This document shows, one piece after another, positions 1-10,582 of a DNA stretch of 64,000 nucleotides. The stretch covers positions 2,176,001 through 2,240,000 of the forward strand of contig CAVWVQ010000003.1 in NCBI GenBank assembly GCA_963758525.1, written 5' to 3'. Numbering within the stretch: position 1 is the stretch's first letter; each line of letters starts with the position of its first letter. The notes beneath the pieces are model-generated. The model made no database searches, was not told the DNA's origin, and saw only the letters and a list, made by a program, of their open reading frames with translations. The stretch is from an uncultured Phycisphaerales bacterium (GTDB lineage: Bacteria > Planctomycetota > Phycisphaerae > Tepidisphaerales > Tepidisphaeraceae). Made by a program: the position numbers and the translations under genes.

Positions 1-66
1 GCCTGTTCGGGAACCCGTGTTAGCCGACGGCTGGACGCGGTCTTAACCTGGCTTTAGGCCCAATGG

Positions 67-618
67 TTAGCTCGCCGGAGCTTGTACCGGCGGCTGCGCG
101 CCGTCGATTCGCTTCTGGCGGATGAGGCGTCCGGGTACGCCGGCAACGATGCTATGGGGCGCGACGTCGGCGGTGACGACGCATCCCGCCGCGATGACGC
201 TGGACCGGCCCAGCCGGACACCTGGCAAGATGACGGCATGACTGCCGATCCACACGTTGTCTTCGATGATCACTTTCTTGCGGATGTCGGAGACGTCGCC
301 GATGAATTCCACGTCCGCGTCGTGGGTGATGCTGATAATTGATACATGGTTGGCGATCCAGACCGCATCGCCGATCTCGACTCCGCCCCCGCCGAGAATA
401 TGGACATATTCATTTATCGCGCACCTGGCGCCGATACTCACCATCTGCGGCGAAAGCACGGTGATGTCGGGGGCGAGGTATAAGTCGTCGGCGCAGCTGC
501 GGAATCGACTGCGAAGAAGCTGGTTGCGCTTCTCGACCATCGCATGGTCCCATCCTTCCAGGAGCAGAGGAGGAATCAGATGGCCCAGCGTCCGACCGAT
601 ACGATACAAGCCCTTCAT
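67..618 (-). CDS. Hexapeptide-repeat O-acyltransferase (LbH, maltose/galactoside acetyltransferase-like)
   Basis: Hexapeptide repeats VIIEDNVWIGSHAVILPGVRLG and C-terminal VAGVPGRLI; start taken at ATG 618. Confidence 0.85.
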   Translation of the reverse strand: MKGLYRIGRTLGHLIPPLLLEGWDHAMVEKRNQLLRSRFRSCADDLYLAPDITVLSPQMVSIGARCAINEYVHILGGGGVEIGDAVWIANHVSIISITHDADVEFIGDVSDIRKKVIIEDNVWIGSHAVILPGVRLGRSSVIAAGCVVTADVAPHSIVAGVPGRLIRQKRIDGAQPPVQAPAS

Positions 619-697
619 TTTGCGCTCAGATCCGCCCACGAAACCGCTCTCACCGATGTCTCAGAGGCACGTAACGTTGCCGGCGTCGTTAGGATTT

Positions 698-1420
698 TCA
701 TTCCGGCATCAATGCCGCAATCGTGTCATAGGTCGAACGGCAAATGTGATACTTGCGTTGCAGAAGGAATCGCAAACATGCATTGCTGTCCTTTCGGCTA
801 AGGTGCTGATGTTCGTACCGTATCACCGTGGGCCTGATGCCGATGCCGTCGACCATCTTTATGACCTCGAAATCGAAACCCTCGGTGTCAACCTGAAGCA
901 AGTCCAGCTTCCCCAAGTTGGCGCGTGCCATGCACTCGGCAACGGTAATGCAATCGACCTGAAACGATTCGATCTCAGCATCCGTGACCGAGGGATAACG
1001 AAGAACTACTTCGCGATCGAATGATGCGAGTTGGGGGCTATACTGATCGGTATGATTTGCGGCCTTGACCGCGAACATTTCCCGGGTGCCGCCCGCCCAA
1101 TCGAGCGCGGCGTTTATGAGCGTTACCTGTGGTTCGTCACGGTATGCGTCAACCAGGCTCCGAAACGCGAAGGGCTGAGGCTCAAGGGCAATACCCCGCC
1201 AATGGTGCTTCCGCACGAGAGGGTACACTTCGTCGTTACTGATCCCATCGAACGCGCCCACGATCAAAAACGTCTTTTCATTGCCCTCCAGCAAGTGCTC
1301 CGCAACCATACGGAAGTTCGGTTCCAACCATTGCTCTCGAGCGAATATTAGAGGAGATGGCTGAAATATCACATTTCTATCAACCAGCGAGAGGATGTTT
1401 CGCAGCAAGGTCTTCATCAT
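698..1420 (-). CDS. FkbM-family SAM-dependent methyltransferase
   Basis: VGAFDG, WRGIALEP and LLQVDTEGFDFEV motifs. Confidence 0.85.
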   Translation of the reverse strand: MMKTLLRNILSLVDRNVIFQPSPLIFAREQWLEPNFRMVAEHLLEGNEKTFLIVGAFDGISNDEVYPLVRKHHWRGIALEPQPFAFRSLVDAYRDEPQVTLINAALDWAGGTREMFAVKAANHTDQYSPQLASFDREVVLRYPSVTDAEIESFQVDCITVAECMARANLGKLDLLQVDTEGFDFEVIKMVDGIGIRPTVIRYEHQHLSRKDSNACLRFLLQRKYHICRSTYDTIAALMPE

Positions 1421-1495
1421 TGGTCAACCAGCGCAACCGCTTGGGAAATCTCGTATCTCATCGCAGACGCACTTACCATCGCTCCCTCGCGGGCG

Positions 1496-2842
1496 TCAGC
1501 GGAGCGCTGCGACAGAAACCGCAGTTCCCTCACTCGACGCAGACACCGAGCCCCGTTCACCACGCGTCAAACCGAATGCGCCGGCGGCTGCATGGACCAG
1601 GAACGTCGCCGCATTGGTGATCAACATGAAGTAAAGCACGTTGCGTGTTGTGCTCAAATCCAGAAACAGGATACAGAGGAACTGGCTGATCAGAATCACG
1701 GCGATGTAAGCACCGGTGTACCACCAGTAGAGAAACTTCCGCGAACTGTTCATGACCCACAACACGCCCGCGGCGTATCCGAAACAGGTCGCCCCGACGA
1801 CCCACCCGACGTCGGAGCGAAGATTCTTATAGCTGTGTCCCAGGAGCATGACGAGCGGCCCGGGAAACAAGAACGCGGCGGCAGTGACCAGCCCCGCAAC
1901 GGCTAACCCGCACAGGGCAATCTGCACGTAACGACGCGGCACCATCGACCTGGGCAGCCGGGCCATGTGCGGCTCGATCATGACGGAGTTGAAGGCCGAA
2001 AAGATGAGAAACAACTGACCCAGACGCCCCAGGGCGGAGACCTCGGCGATGTTCTTGGTTCTGCCGAACAGCGTGATCAGCCCGACCGCGATCTGGGTCT
2101 GAAAGGCGGTGAAAATAATTCCGGGGATCAAGGGCGTGATCAACTGAATCATGTCCCGATTGAATTTCGAATCCGCATGCTTTGGCTCGCGAATCAGGGG
2201 ACGGGCCTGCATGTGGTAAATCAGACCGGTCATCGCGATGGAAAGGGTCGTGAGCCAGGCGGTGGCCACCGCCGTCAGCGCGCCAAGGCGAAACAGGATC
2301 AGCGCCAACCCGAGCCGGACAGCGGCGGCGGACAACTGAGAGACATAATACGGCGTGAGCCGGCGGTGGATCAGCAGTGGAGCGCCATACATGATCTGGC
2401 GCTGCAGAAGCACCGAGCACATGATGGCCGCGAAGAGCCAGGCTTTTGTGGCAACGCCCCAGTGTTGCGCATGCGTGACGAGAGGGAAAGCCACCGCCGC
2501 AAGAACAGCGATGACCAGGAACATGCGATTGCGGTAATGCTGGGCCGAACGGAGGAATCCGCCGACGACGTCGGGGTCCGATCCGCGCTCGCCGACGAGG
2601 GCCACGATTGAGTTGGAGAATCCAACGTCAACCAGCATGGAAATCGTGCTTTGGAAAGCGAAGGCCACGCTGAACTGCGCGTATTGCTCGACGGGAAGCC
2701 AGCGCAGCAGGAGCAGTCCCGTCGCAAGATTGACAAGCTGGATCGAGATCTGCCCCGCGAGAAAGTGGCTGATGAGCCGCGCCCACCGGCTGAGCCGGGA
2801 GGGATGGGTGCGCTCGAGTGGTTTCGTCATCGCCGCGTTCAT
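1496..2842 (-). CDS. Polysaccharide flippase-like (Wzx/MOP family) membrane protein
   Basis: 448 aa multi-TM protein, N-terminal QYAQFSVAFAFQSTISMLVDVG pattern; EPS context. Confidence 0.7.
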   Translation of the reverse strand: MNAAMTKPLERTHPSRLSRWARLISHFLAGQISIQLVNLATGLLLLRWLPVEQYAQFSVAFAFQSTISMLVDVGFSNSIVALVGERGSDPDVVGGFLRSAQHYRNRMFLVIAVLAAVAFPLVTHAQHWGVATKAWLFAAIMCSVLLQRQIMYGAPLLIHRRLTPYYVSQLSAAAVRLGLALILFRLGALTAVATAWLTTLSIAMTGLIYHMQARPLIREPKHADSKFNRDMIQLITPLIPGIIFTAFQTQIAVGLITLFGRTKNIAEVSALGRLGQLFLIFSAFNSVMIEPHMARLPRSMVPRRYVQIALCGLAVAGLVTAAAFLFPGPLVMLLGHSYKNLRSDVGWVVGATCFGYAAGVLWVMNSSRKFLYWWYTGAYIAVILISQFLCILFLDLSTTRNVLYFMLITNAATFLVHAAAGAFGLTRGERGSVSASSEGTAVSVAALR

Positions 2843-3677
2843 TGAGCTGCCAGCGCACTTTCGTGCACGAACAACGCTTCAAAGACATCAAGAGGCGCGA
2901 ACTCGGGAACCGGGATCTTGTGAACGGCGGTGCCGTCGAGCCTGGCGAAATGAAATCCCAGGGAGAGCATCAAATCTGCAAGGGCTTTGGGGGAGGTTCC
3001 GCTGGGCACGAGGTATCCGCCATTGATTTCACAGACCACGTGCTGGACTTCTCCCCGGCGCAGCGCGCGGCCCCGCCGGCAAATAGCTGCGGCTCGGAAC
3101 CCTCGACATCCACTTTCATCAGCCGCACCGGTCCGGAAACCCATTCGCCGAGCTTGTCGTCGATCGTTTCGACGGGAACATCGATCTGCCGGTAGCCGTC
3201 GAAGCGGACGACCGAGACGTTGAAGTCGCGATTTTCCTCGGCAGGCGGCGCATACAGCGTCAGAACGCCTTTCTCCTTGCCGAGCGCCACCTGTTGAGGC
3301 TTTACATAGCCGAGGTTGTTTCGACTGATGTTGTCCGACAAGGTGCGAAAATTGGAGGGAAACGGTTCGATGGCAACCACCCGGCCGGAGGGTCCGACCA
3401 AATGGGCGCCATAGAGGGTGAAGAAGCCGACGTTGGCGCCGGCGTCGACGAAGGTGTCGCCGGGCCGAAGCAGACCGCGCAGCCACGTCCGAACGTTCCG
3501 CTCGAAACATCCGACATACATCATCCGCTGGTGTCCGTTGGCCAGATCAATGCGGATGCGGACGCCAGGCGCGACTTCCATGAATCGCTCGCCCGCGGAG
3601 GGGAGGAAGCGCCCCAAAACCCGGTTTGTTCCGGGGATATCCAGGGGACGCAAGGCCTTGATGATGGCTTCAATCAT
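2839..3677 (-). CDS. FkbM-family methyltransferase (apparent frameshift near 3068)
   Basis: FVDAGANVGFFT and MKVDVEGSE in ORF 2970..3749; C-terminus VVCEIN... continues in ORF 2839..3510. Confidence 0.85.
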
Positions 3678-3767
3678 ATTGCAAACGCTCCTCATTGTCG
3701 CGCGCCGTTTGGCAGGGAGTGAGATTCCCCGTCCGCGCGGGTGGTCCAAGACGCGCGCGGCCGCGAG

Positions 3768-4157
3768 TTAAATTTCGGGGGCAGTCACTTCAGGGGCGGG
3801 ACCGGAGTCGACCAGGCGATAAGAGTCTTGCGGCGCGTCGTGTGTGGAAACCTCGAGAAATTCGCAGACCTCGCCAATGGCCCAGAACCGGTGCGGAGTG
3901 AACGGCGGCAGCGTCAGCGAATCGCCGCAATGCAAAACCGACTGCTCGCTCAGCGTGCCGTCGGTGGTGAAGAGCTGGAGGTGAAGCCGGCCCTTGAGGA
4001 TGTGAAACGTCTCGGTTTTCTTCTTATGGTAATGAATGCTGCATGCCATCCCGTTGGGGACCGCCACGAGAATCTTGCCGCAATAAAGTTCCGTGTTGAC
4101 GAGGTGCTTTTCGTACCCCCAGAGTTTCTGAACAATTTTTACCCGAATTAGCTCCAT
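3768..4157 (-). CDS. Cupin-domain protein (sugar isomerase-like)
   Basis: KLWGYE, CSIHYHKKKTETF, PFTPHRF, LEVST cupin motifs. Confidence 0.8.
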   Translation of the reverse strand: MELIRVKIVQKLWGYEKHLVNTELYCGKILVAVPNGMACSIHYHKKKTETFHILKGRLHLQLFTTDGTLSEQSVLHCGDSLTLPPFTPHRFWAIGEVCEFLEVSTHDAPQDSYRLVDSGPAPEVTAPEI

Positions 4158-4245
4158 CTACCTCTCATCTCCTATCAACTCATTCCTGCCCTACTGTCCC
4201 GCATGAATAACTTGATCCATTTCCAAACGATCAGCGACGTAATCC

Positions 4246-4316
4246 CGCAGCACGGCCGTCCGGGCGCCGTTTCGGCTGTGGGTCCGGGAGAACACAGCCG
4301 GGACGGCTGTGCTACG
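4246..4316. repeat. GTAG-type REP-like doublet
   Basis: Right unit reverse complement CGTAGCACAGCCGTCCCGGCTGTG (GTAG plus hairpin); degenerate inverted copy from 4246. Confidence 0.6.
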
Positions 4317-4333
4317 AAAAAATCGCCGTCGCG

Positions 4334-4984
4334 CTAGGCCAGAAGATCGGCCAACGGGACGGAATATAACTCTGCATCGCCGACGCGCAGATTGATTGAA
4401 CCGTCGATTGGCACCACTTGGGCGGTGACATACGTGCCTGCCTTCATATCGGGGTCGGCGTAGACTTCGGCGGTTCGGTTGCGAATGTTTAATATCACGT
4501 ACTGCGGTATGCCGGCTCTGGCATAAATTGGCGACTTCTCGTGGCGATCGCGCTCCAGCGATGAGTCGGCCACTTCAACTACACAGAACGCGTCCGCTGC
4601 GCCAGGCAGCCGATCGGTGTACGCATCGTCGCTGGCGCGAATCACCGCAAAGTCCGGCTCGGGCATTTGCAGCGTGGAGCAGACAATCGGCGACTGGATC
4701 TGCACGTGCCGATCCGCCGTGTCGATTCCCGCCACGAGCGACGTGAGACGACGGACGGCCTTGCGGTGCGCCGGACTGTGCATCGTTGGGTCTCCCCCGT
4801 GGGCGCTGCGGTCTGTGTGGACGATGTAGCCGTTGAGCAGTTCAGCCGAGGCGTCCTCGGCCACTGAGCCATCCCGGATCATCCTCATCAGATCATCGAC
4901 CGTGAATTGCACCAGCCCGCCGCGGCCCGCCAGTGCGGACTGAGGAATCGGCGGCGTGGGGTTTTGGGTCAGGCTGGCGACCAT
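4334..4984 (-). CDS. Uma2 (DUF820) family putative endonuclease
   Basis: ELLNG, HSPAH, PEPDFAV, VVEVADSSLERDRHEKSPIYARAGIPQY. Confidence 0.9.
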   Translation of the reverse strand: MVASLTQNPTPPIPQSALAGRGGLVQFTVDDLMRMIRDGSVAEDASAELLNGYIVHTDRSAHGGDPTMHSPAHRKAVRRLTSLVAGIDTADRHVQIQSPIVCSTLQMPEPDFAVIRASDDAYTDRLPGAADAFCVVEVADSSLERDRHEKSPIYARAGIPQYVILNIRNRTAEVYADPDMKAGTYVTAQVVPIDGSINLRVGDAELYSVPLADLLA

Positions 4985-5059
4985 AGCTGGCTCTGCAAAG
5001 TTAAGTTGAAAGTCGATATTAGAAAGCGGACGAACGCCCGCGCGACTTCCTTTTCCCGA

Positions 5060-5099
5060 TATCCACTGTCAATTCTCCATTATCCACTGACCACTATCC
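5060..5099. repeat. Degenerate 7-nt tandem repeat (TATCCAC-like)
   Basis: TATCCAC TGTCAAT TCTCCAT TATCCAC TGACCAC TATCC. Confidence 0.5.
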
Positions 5100-6313
5100 G
5101 CGGACAACCGCTTCGCGGTAGACACCGGCTACCGCGCGGGCGACGGAACTCCAATCGAAACGGTCGACCGCGTACTGGCGACATGCCTCGGATGAGGGCA
5201 GCACTCGTCGGCTCGCGAACACGTCGGCCAGGAACGCGGCAATCCCCGGCGCATCGCCGGCGGAAACAATCAGGTCCTGCGAGAGCGAGGCGACGACTTC
5301 TGGCAAACCGCCGACGCGTGTCACCGCGGAAGGAGTCCCCGCCGCCAGCGACTCGGCGGCGACGAGACCGAAACCTTCGAGCGACGCGCTGGGGAGGATC
5401 GACAGATCGGCGGCGCGAAACGCAAGCGGAAGATCAGCGTCGGAGATGAATCCCGCGAGCTGCACGAAATCGCCGGCGCCGGCCGCGGCGATCTGCTCCT
5501 TCAACTCGCCGGACAGCGGTCCGGTGCCGCCGATGATCGTCAGCGCTTCCGGATGCTGACGGCGCAGCAGCGTTGCGGCCTCGATCAATTTTTCCAGGCC
5601 CATGCGGCGCACCAGGCGGCGCACGCAAAGGACAATCTTGCGATCGGCCGGCCAACCGAGGCGCTGTCGCGCCTCGGGGCGCGACAGGCGGGTGTTGAAT
5701 CGCTCCAGATCGACCCCGCCGGGGATGACGCGGATCAGCTCGCGCGGGACGCCGTAGTCTCCCGCGAGAATTTCCGCAAAAGCGTTGGAGAGCACGATGC
5801 AGCGGCGCGCCCGGCGATAGACGGTCTGTTCCATCCGCTGCTTCGTCCACACCGCAAGCCGGCCGGCACCCTCGGCGCGCGACTCGGCCGCCCAGGGGCC
5901 GTGAAAGTGCACGACCAGCGGCGTGTTGCCCAGCGAACGCAGGACCGGCCGCGCGTACGGGGCAAAATGGGCAACGAGCAGATCGACCTGTTGCCGCGAA
6001 AGCTCCTCGTTGACCGCTTGCCGCATCGCGTGCCAGCGGCTTCGCATCGGCGCGTCGCTGCGCCCCACCGCGCGGGCCGCGCCGCGCGACTCGGCGGCGA
6101 TGCCGTCGGACCCGACGAGCAAACCGCGGCAACTGACGCCGGCGGCCGGCAGCCGCTGGATCAGTTCGGCGTAGTAGCGGTTGAGGCCCCCACCACGTTC
6201 GCTGAACCATCCCTCGCCGATCTGGATGGCGTTGATTCGACCGCTTTGCAGCGCCGCGGCGCACTGGAACTCTCAGTTGACGTCGTCGGCGCGGCGGTTG
6301 GTGCGGTGAGCAT
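5094..6313 (-). CDS. Glycosyltransferase family 4 (apparent frameshift near 6255)
   Basis: HFHGPWAAE, VRRLVRRMGL, EGFGLVAAESLAAG; frame extends upstream (QIGEGWFSERGGGLNRYY) and joins ATG 6313 after one indel. Confidence 0.85.
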
Positions 6314-6355
6314 GCTTTCGTCCAGCCGAAACTAAAACCGAATACAGGGAAGACG

Positions 6356-6708
6356 GACCGCGGATGACGCGGATTTCACGGATAAAAACAAGAGAGCGGA
6401 AATTCATGCTCTAATCTGCTTCCCCATCCGTGCCACAACCCATTGAGATCTTCGCGCGCTGCGCAAATTTTCCCGGGCAGGCGATCAGCCAGAAGATCAA
6501 GAGCCGCGAAGACGCGAAGACAAACGCGAAGGAAGACAATTCAATTGCACCTGAAACCCGAAGGCGCAATTCCTTGGGCTTCGATCCCGCATTTTTGATT
6601 TTCTTACCTTCGCGTCTGTCTTCGCGTCTTCGCGTCTTCGCGGCTCTTCGTTTTGGTTGCGGCCGAGCGAAGCGAGGCAGCGCTGGGTCATCTGTGTCAT
6701 CCGTGGTC
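6356..6708. repeat. Nested inverted-repeat elements
   Basis: Outer arms GACCGCGGATGACGCGGAT (6356) / ATCTGTGTCATCCGTGGTC (6690-6708); inner arms AAGAGCCGCGAAGACGCGAAGA (6499) / (TCTTCGCG)n GCTCTT (6607-6648). Confidence 0.75.
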
Positions 6709-6728
6709 GAGTCTGCCGGCCGAGCCGC

Positions 6729-7877
6729 TCAGGCGATTGCGGGGGACGCAGGACGCCGGGACGCGGCGGCGGCTTCGAGGAGCGCGAGATACTGTGCCGC
6801 CATTTGTTTCCAGCCGTAGTGCTCGGCAGTGGCGCGGGCGGCGCGGGAAGCGGCAGCCCGCGCCGCCGGGTCGCGGATAAAGCGGTCGATCGCCGCGGCC
6901 AGCGATGAAACATCGTCGGGGTCCTCGAGGATCGCGCCGCAGTCTTTTCCCATGATCTCGCAGCCGCCGGCGGTGCGGGCCGTGACTACGGGAAGGCCGC
7001 TTGCCAGCGCTTCGATGAGCACCAGCGTCCCGGCTTCGTAGCGCGAGGGGAAGACGAACAGATCGCAGGCCTGCATGAACCGGGCGACATCGCTGCGATA
7101 GCCGGCGAAATGGACGCGGTCGGCGATTCCCAACTCGCGGGCCATTGCGGGGAACGGGCTCCGCGAGGCTTCGCCAACCACCGCGAGTCGCAGACCCGGA
7201 ACTTGTGCCACCGCCTTGAGGACGCTGTCGAGGTTTTTTCGCGGCGTGCGGATGTCGCCGCAGAAGAGGGCCAGCGGCCCGTCCTCGGGGAGCCCCAGCG
7301 ACGCGCGGGAGACTTTGCCCGGCTGGAATTCCTGAAGGTCGACGCCGTTGTAGATCAACTCGATTTTCCCCGACGGAATCCCGATGCCCAGCAGCTCGTC
7401 GACGATCTTGCGCGACGGGGCGACGATCTTCTCCGCCATCGAAAACGACTGGCGTTCCCATCGCGTGTTGCAGCGGCTGTAGAGCCACTGGTACCACGCC
7501 CGCGGCCCGCGCTGCACGCGCGATACATGCACCGGCGAGCGAATCCACGCGCCGTGAACGAACTGGCAGATGCTCAAATCGTGTCGGCCGCGCATGGTGA
7601 AGCCGGCGGCGACGATCGCGTCGAATTGCTCGCGAGAGCGAGCCAGGGCGCGGTCCGCAGCTCCGGCGAAATGATAGACTCCCAGCAGATTCGGACGGCG
7701 CGGCGCCTGCGAAACCGGGATCCAGCGCGCCCCCCACTCGACTATTTCCGGCGCCACCCGATCGGCAAAAAGCACCGCCTCGTGGCCCTGCTCGAGCACG
7801 TGGCGGCAGATCTCGTATTGAATCCGGCCCTGTCCGTTCCCACGGATCAGGTTGTGCATGACGAAAGCAATTTTCAT
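6729..7877 (-). CDS. Glycosyltransferase family 4
   Basis: MKIAFVMH start overlapping upstream stop (ATGA); IYNGVD, RKNL, FVFPSRYEAGTLVLIEALASG. Confidence 0.9.
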   Translation of the reverse strand: MKIAFVMHNLIRGNGQGRIQYEICRHVLEQGHEAVLFADRVAPEIVEWGARWIPVSQAPRRPNLLGVYHFAGAADRALARSREQFDAIVAAGFTMRGRHDLSICQFVHGAWIRSPVHVSRVQRGPRAWYQWLYSRCNTRWERQSFSMAEKIVAPSRKIVDELLGIGIPSGKIELIYNGVDLQEFQPGKVSRASLGLPEDGPLALFCGDIRTPRKNLDSVLKAVAQVPGLRLAVVGEASRSPFPAMARELGIADRVHFAGYRSDVARFMQACDLFVFPSRYEAGTLVLIEALASGLPVVTARTAGGCEIMGKDCGAILEDPDDVSSLAAAIDRFIRDPAARAAASRAARATAEHYGWKQMAAQYLALLEAAAASRRPASPAIA

Positions 7878-9367
7878 GATCGCCTTGCATTTACCGTAGC
7901 CGTCGGACGTATCGGCCGGCGCCGCGGTTGCACCGGGCGCGCCGCGGCATCCGTCGGGAGCATCACACCGGCGGGAAGCCGATCGAGCGATCCAATCGCA
8001 AACCAAACGATTGGGGATGTTGCATATGACCCGCCCGCCAGCCAATGCCCTAGCCCTAATGTGATGATTCCTAGGGCGTAGAGAGCTATCGGATCACGTC
8101 GCTCGCGCCACCGGGCAATCGCAGTCAGGTATATAACGGCCATCGTAAAAATATAGAAGATGCCCGCTGGAGCGCCGCACGCGAGGAAAATGTCGCCGAA
8201 GTCGACTTCGCTGCTGAAACCGCCCGCGCGGAGTCCTGCCTGCGTCGGGAAACCTAGCCCATATCCTGCGGGGTGCGTGAAGCCCTCCACAATGCCATTC
8301 CGTAAAAGCTCGAGGTGGGTTCCGGCGGTGGAATTTTGAACATCGAGAAAGCCGTCGGCGGTATGCGCGAGGTTTTTGTTGACTTGATCGGAAACGTCGG
8401 CTTCCTTCAACTGAGACATGCCGACGGCAGCCACTCCGCCGGCGACGAGCATTGCAAGTATAAGGCGGCCACCGATGGAGCCGGTGGATTTCCCCTGCAC
8501 TGCCCAAATAATCGAAGCAGCCAGCAGAGTCCCGTAGATCATCTCTCGCACGCTCTGAACCACGAGCGCAAATACGAATAACGGCACAATTAACAGTGAC
8601 AGTTGCATGCGCCGCCGAACCAACGGCACCAATATCGCGATAAGCGCCGTTGCAACATACCATGGATATTCGCCCCACGAGCAGAAGAAAGCGAAGGGGC
8701 GTATGTCGGGACGGATCGAGGATTCCATTGCAATGCGAAACCATTTCGACTCATAAGGCAGGTAGCCCCAAAAGGCCTGCATTAGTCCGAGCGTAGCGGC
8801 GAGAATCGCAATGGGTGTAACTATTCGTGTCAGCAGCATGTGGAAAAACTGAGGGCTCCCCCAAACGCTCCCGACCCAATACCACGTGAGTGGCACTGCG
8901 AAGAATAACAGGCCAGCCAGCCCAACGGCAATTCCACCCTGCAGTGGATTCATCACCTCAACGCCCATGATTACCGTAAGGGCAAGTACAAGCTTTGAGA
9001 TGCGAGATCGAAGGGAGATCTCACGCCTCACCATCGCTATGGCGACAAGGAAGACCAAGATCGCCGGAGCCACAAGCAGCAGCGGATCATTGGCTGGGAT
9101 GCCTGATTGGACCACCAAGTAACGGCGTAGATCCCCCATGAATGCCAGGTAAATGAACGTGACTGCGATCGCCGTTTGGGGACGCAGCAAAGCCAGTCCC
9201 GCAATCAACAACCCAATAATCGCTGCTGAGAACGTTTGGTCCAGTTCAACGCTGACGATCAATAACAGCGCAAATAGCGTTGCCGCTGCGGCGATGATCG
9301 AGATTCCCTTTGGGTCGGCCGTCTTGGCGATGTAGGTCAACCTAGCAGGGATTGTGTTAGCGCGCAT
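7874..9367 (-). CDS. Putative polysaccharide polymerase / O-antigen ligase-like (Wzy-like) membrane protein
   Basis: Multi-TM protein with late loop ending in HPAGYGLG; EPS context. Confidence 0.6.
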   Translation of the reverse strand: MRANTIPARLTYIAKTADPKGISIIAAAATLFALLLIVSVELDQTFSAAIIGLLIAGLALLRPQTAIAVTFIYLAFMGDLRRYLVVQSGIPANDPLLLVAPAILVFLVAIAMVRREISLRSRISKLVLALTVIMGVEVMNPLQGGIAVGLAGLLFFAVPLTWYWVGSVWGSPQFFHMLLTRIVTPIAILAATLGLMQAFWGYLPYESKWFRIAMESSIRPDIRPFAFFCSWGEYPWYVATALIAILVPLVRRRMQLSLLIVPLFVFALVVQSVREMIYGTLLAASIIWAVQGKSTGSIGGRLILAMLVAGGVAAVGMSQLKEADVSDQVNKNLAHTADGFLDVQNSTAGTHLELLRNGIVEGFTHPAGYGLGFPTQAGLRAGGFSSEVDFGDIFLACGAPAGIFYIFTMAVIYLTAIARWRERRDPIALYALGIITLGLGHWLAGGSYATSPIVWFAIGSLDRLPAGVMLPTDAAARPVQPRRRPIRPTATVNARRS

Positions 9368-9452
9368 GGCGGAAATCGAAAGAAAAAAATAGAACGTCAG
9401 GGGCTATCGCGCGGTTCATGAAGCGCCGGGGAATTACCGAGCATACCGTCTC

Positions 9453-10550
9453 TCAGGAGCGGCAAGACGGTGCTGTTCCGACGGCAAGCGACATTCCCGA
9501 TTGGCGCCCTGCGGCGGAGCGTTGCCTCGTGTACCGAGCTTTGAGACGCAAAAACGCACGCTCGTACGTGAAGTAACTGACGGCCGCAATTCCCCCGACG
9601 CACAGAAAAGAGCAGAGAAGGTAAATCAATCCCTCTGAAGGCAGGAAGCGATGCACGAGTTCAATCCCTATCACATTAAACAGATACATGCCATAGCTTA
9701 TGGTACCGAAGAAGGACACCAAGGGATTGCCGAGTAGCACGGCCCACGGCTGCCAAGGGCAAACCACCGCGCAGCCAACGATCAGGGCCGCCAGAAACTC
9801 GATGAGCCAATCGGGCGTGCCGCGAACCGCTAAAGCGGCCGCCGTTGCCGCCAGCGTCAACAGCAGACCAGGTATTGTCCCAAGCAGCAGGCGAATCGCC
9901 CGGAAGCTGGTTCTGATATGCAGCGCATACCCTAAAATGCACCCGAAGCATATCGCCGGAGACATGCTGGTGGCAGCACGGTTCCCAATTGAGCCAAAGT
10001 TCACCAGGTCGGCACCGATGAGCGTGCGCATGGCTATCACATACGCGGCCGTGCTTGTGATTAACAGCAGTGGCAACGTGCTCCGACGTGATAGACTGAC
10101 AGCGAATGGCCAGAAGAGATAGAACTGCTCTTCAGTAGCGAGAGACCATGCCTGATAAAAGTGCGCACCCGGGCGAACGCCCCAGTTGGACGTGTAGCTG
10201 AAAAAGTATCGCAGATTATAGAAAAACTCGTGAGCTTTGGGAGTTCCACGATCGTAACGCCATGTCATTATGCAATAGAGCAAAAGTACCGCGTAATAGA
10301 GCGGAAAAATGCGGAGTGAGCGACGGGCATAGAAGTTGCGCAGCGAAATTGTGCCGTAGGTTTCGCGCTTGCGCAGCAGGAGGGTGGTGATGAGAAAGCC
10401 GCTAATGGCAAAAAAGAGCGTCACCCCGTACCCGCCCCAATAAGCCAAACCGCAGTGACGCGCAGTGACAGCGAAAATGCTCGCGCATCGCAGTCCGTCC
10501 AGCGTCCTAAAGAATCGCGTCTCGTGATATGTTTCAAACGTAATTGCCAT
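9453..10550 (-). CDS. Acyltransferase-3 (OafA-like) membrane O-acyltransferase
   Basis: LDGLR, GVTLFFAISGFLIT, FYARRSLRIFPLYY, WSLATEEQFY, GTISYGMYL. Confidence 0.9.
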   Translation of the reverse strand: MAITFETYHETRFFRTLDGLRCASIFAVTARHCGLAYWGGYGVTLFFAISGFLITTLLLRKRETYGTISLRNFYARRSLRIFPLYYAVLLLYCIMTWRYDRGTPKAHEFFYNLRYFFSYTSNWGVRPGAHFYQAWSLATEEQFYLFWPFAVSLSRRSTLPLLLITSTAAYVIAMRTLIGADLVNFGSIGNRAATSMSPAICFGCILGYALHIRTSFRAIRLLLGTIPGLLLTLAATAAALAVRGTPDWLIEFLAALIVGCAVVCPWQPWAVLLGNPLVSFFGTISYGMYLFNVIGIELVHRFLPSEGLIYLLCSFLCVGGIAAVSYFTYERAFLRLKARYTRQRSAAGRQSGMSLAVGTAPSCRS

Positions 10551-10582
10551 AAGCGGCGGATATCTACGAGCTTCCGGGTCCG

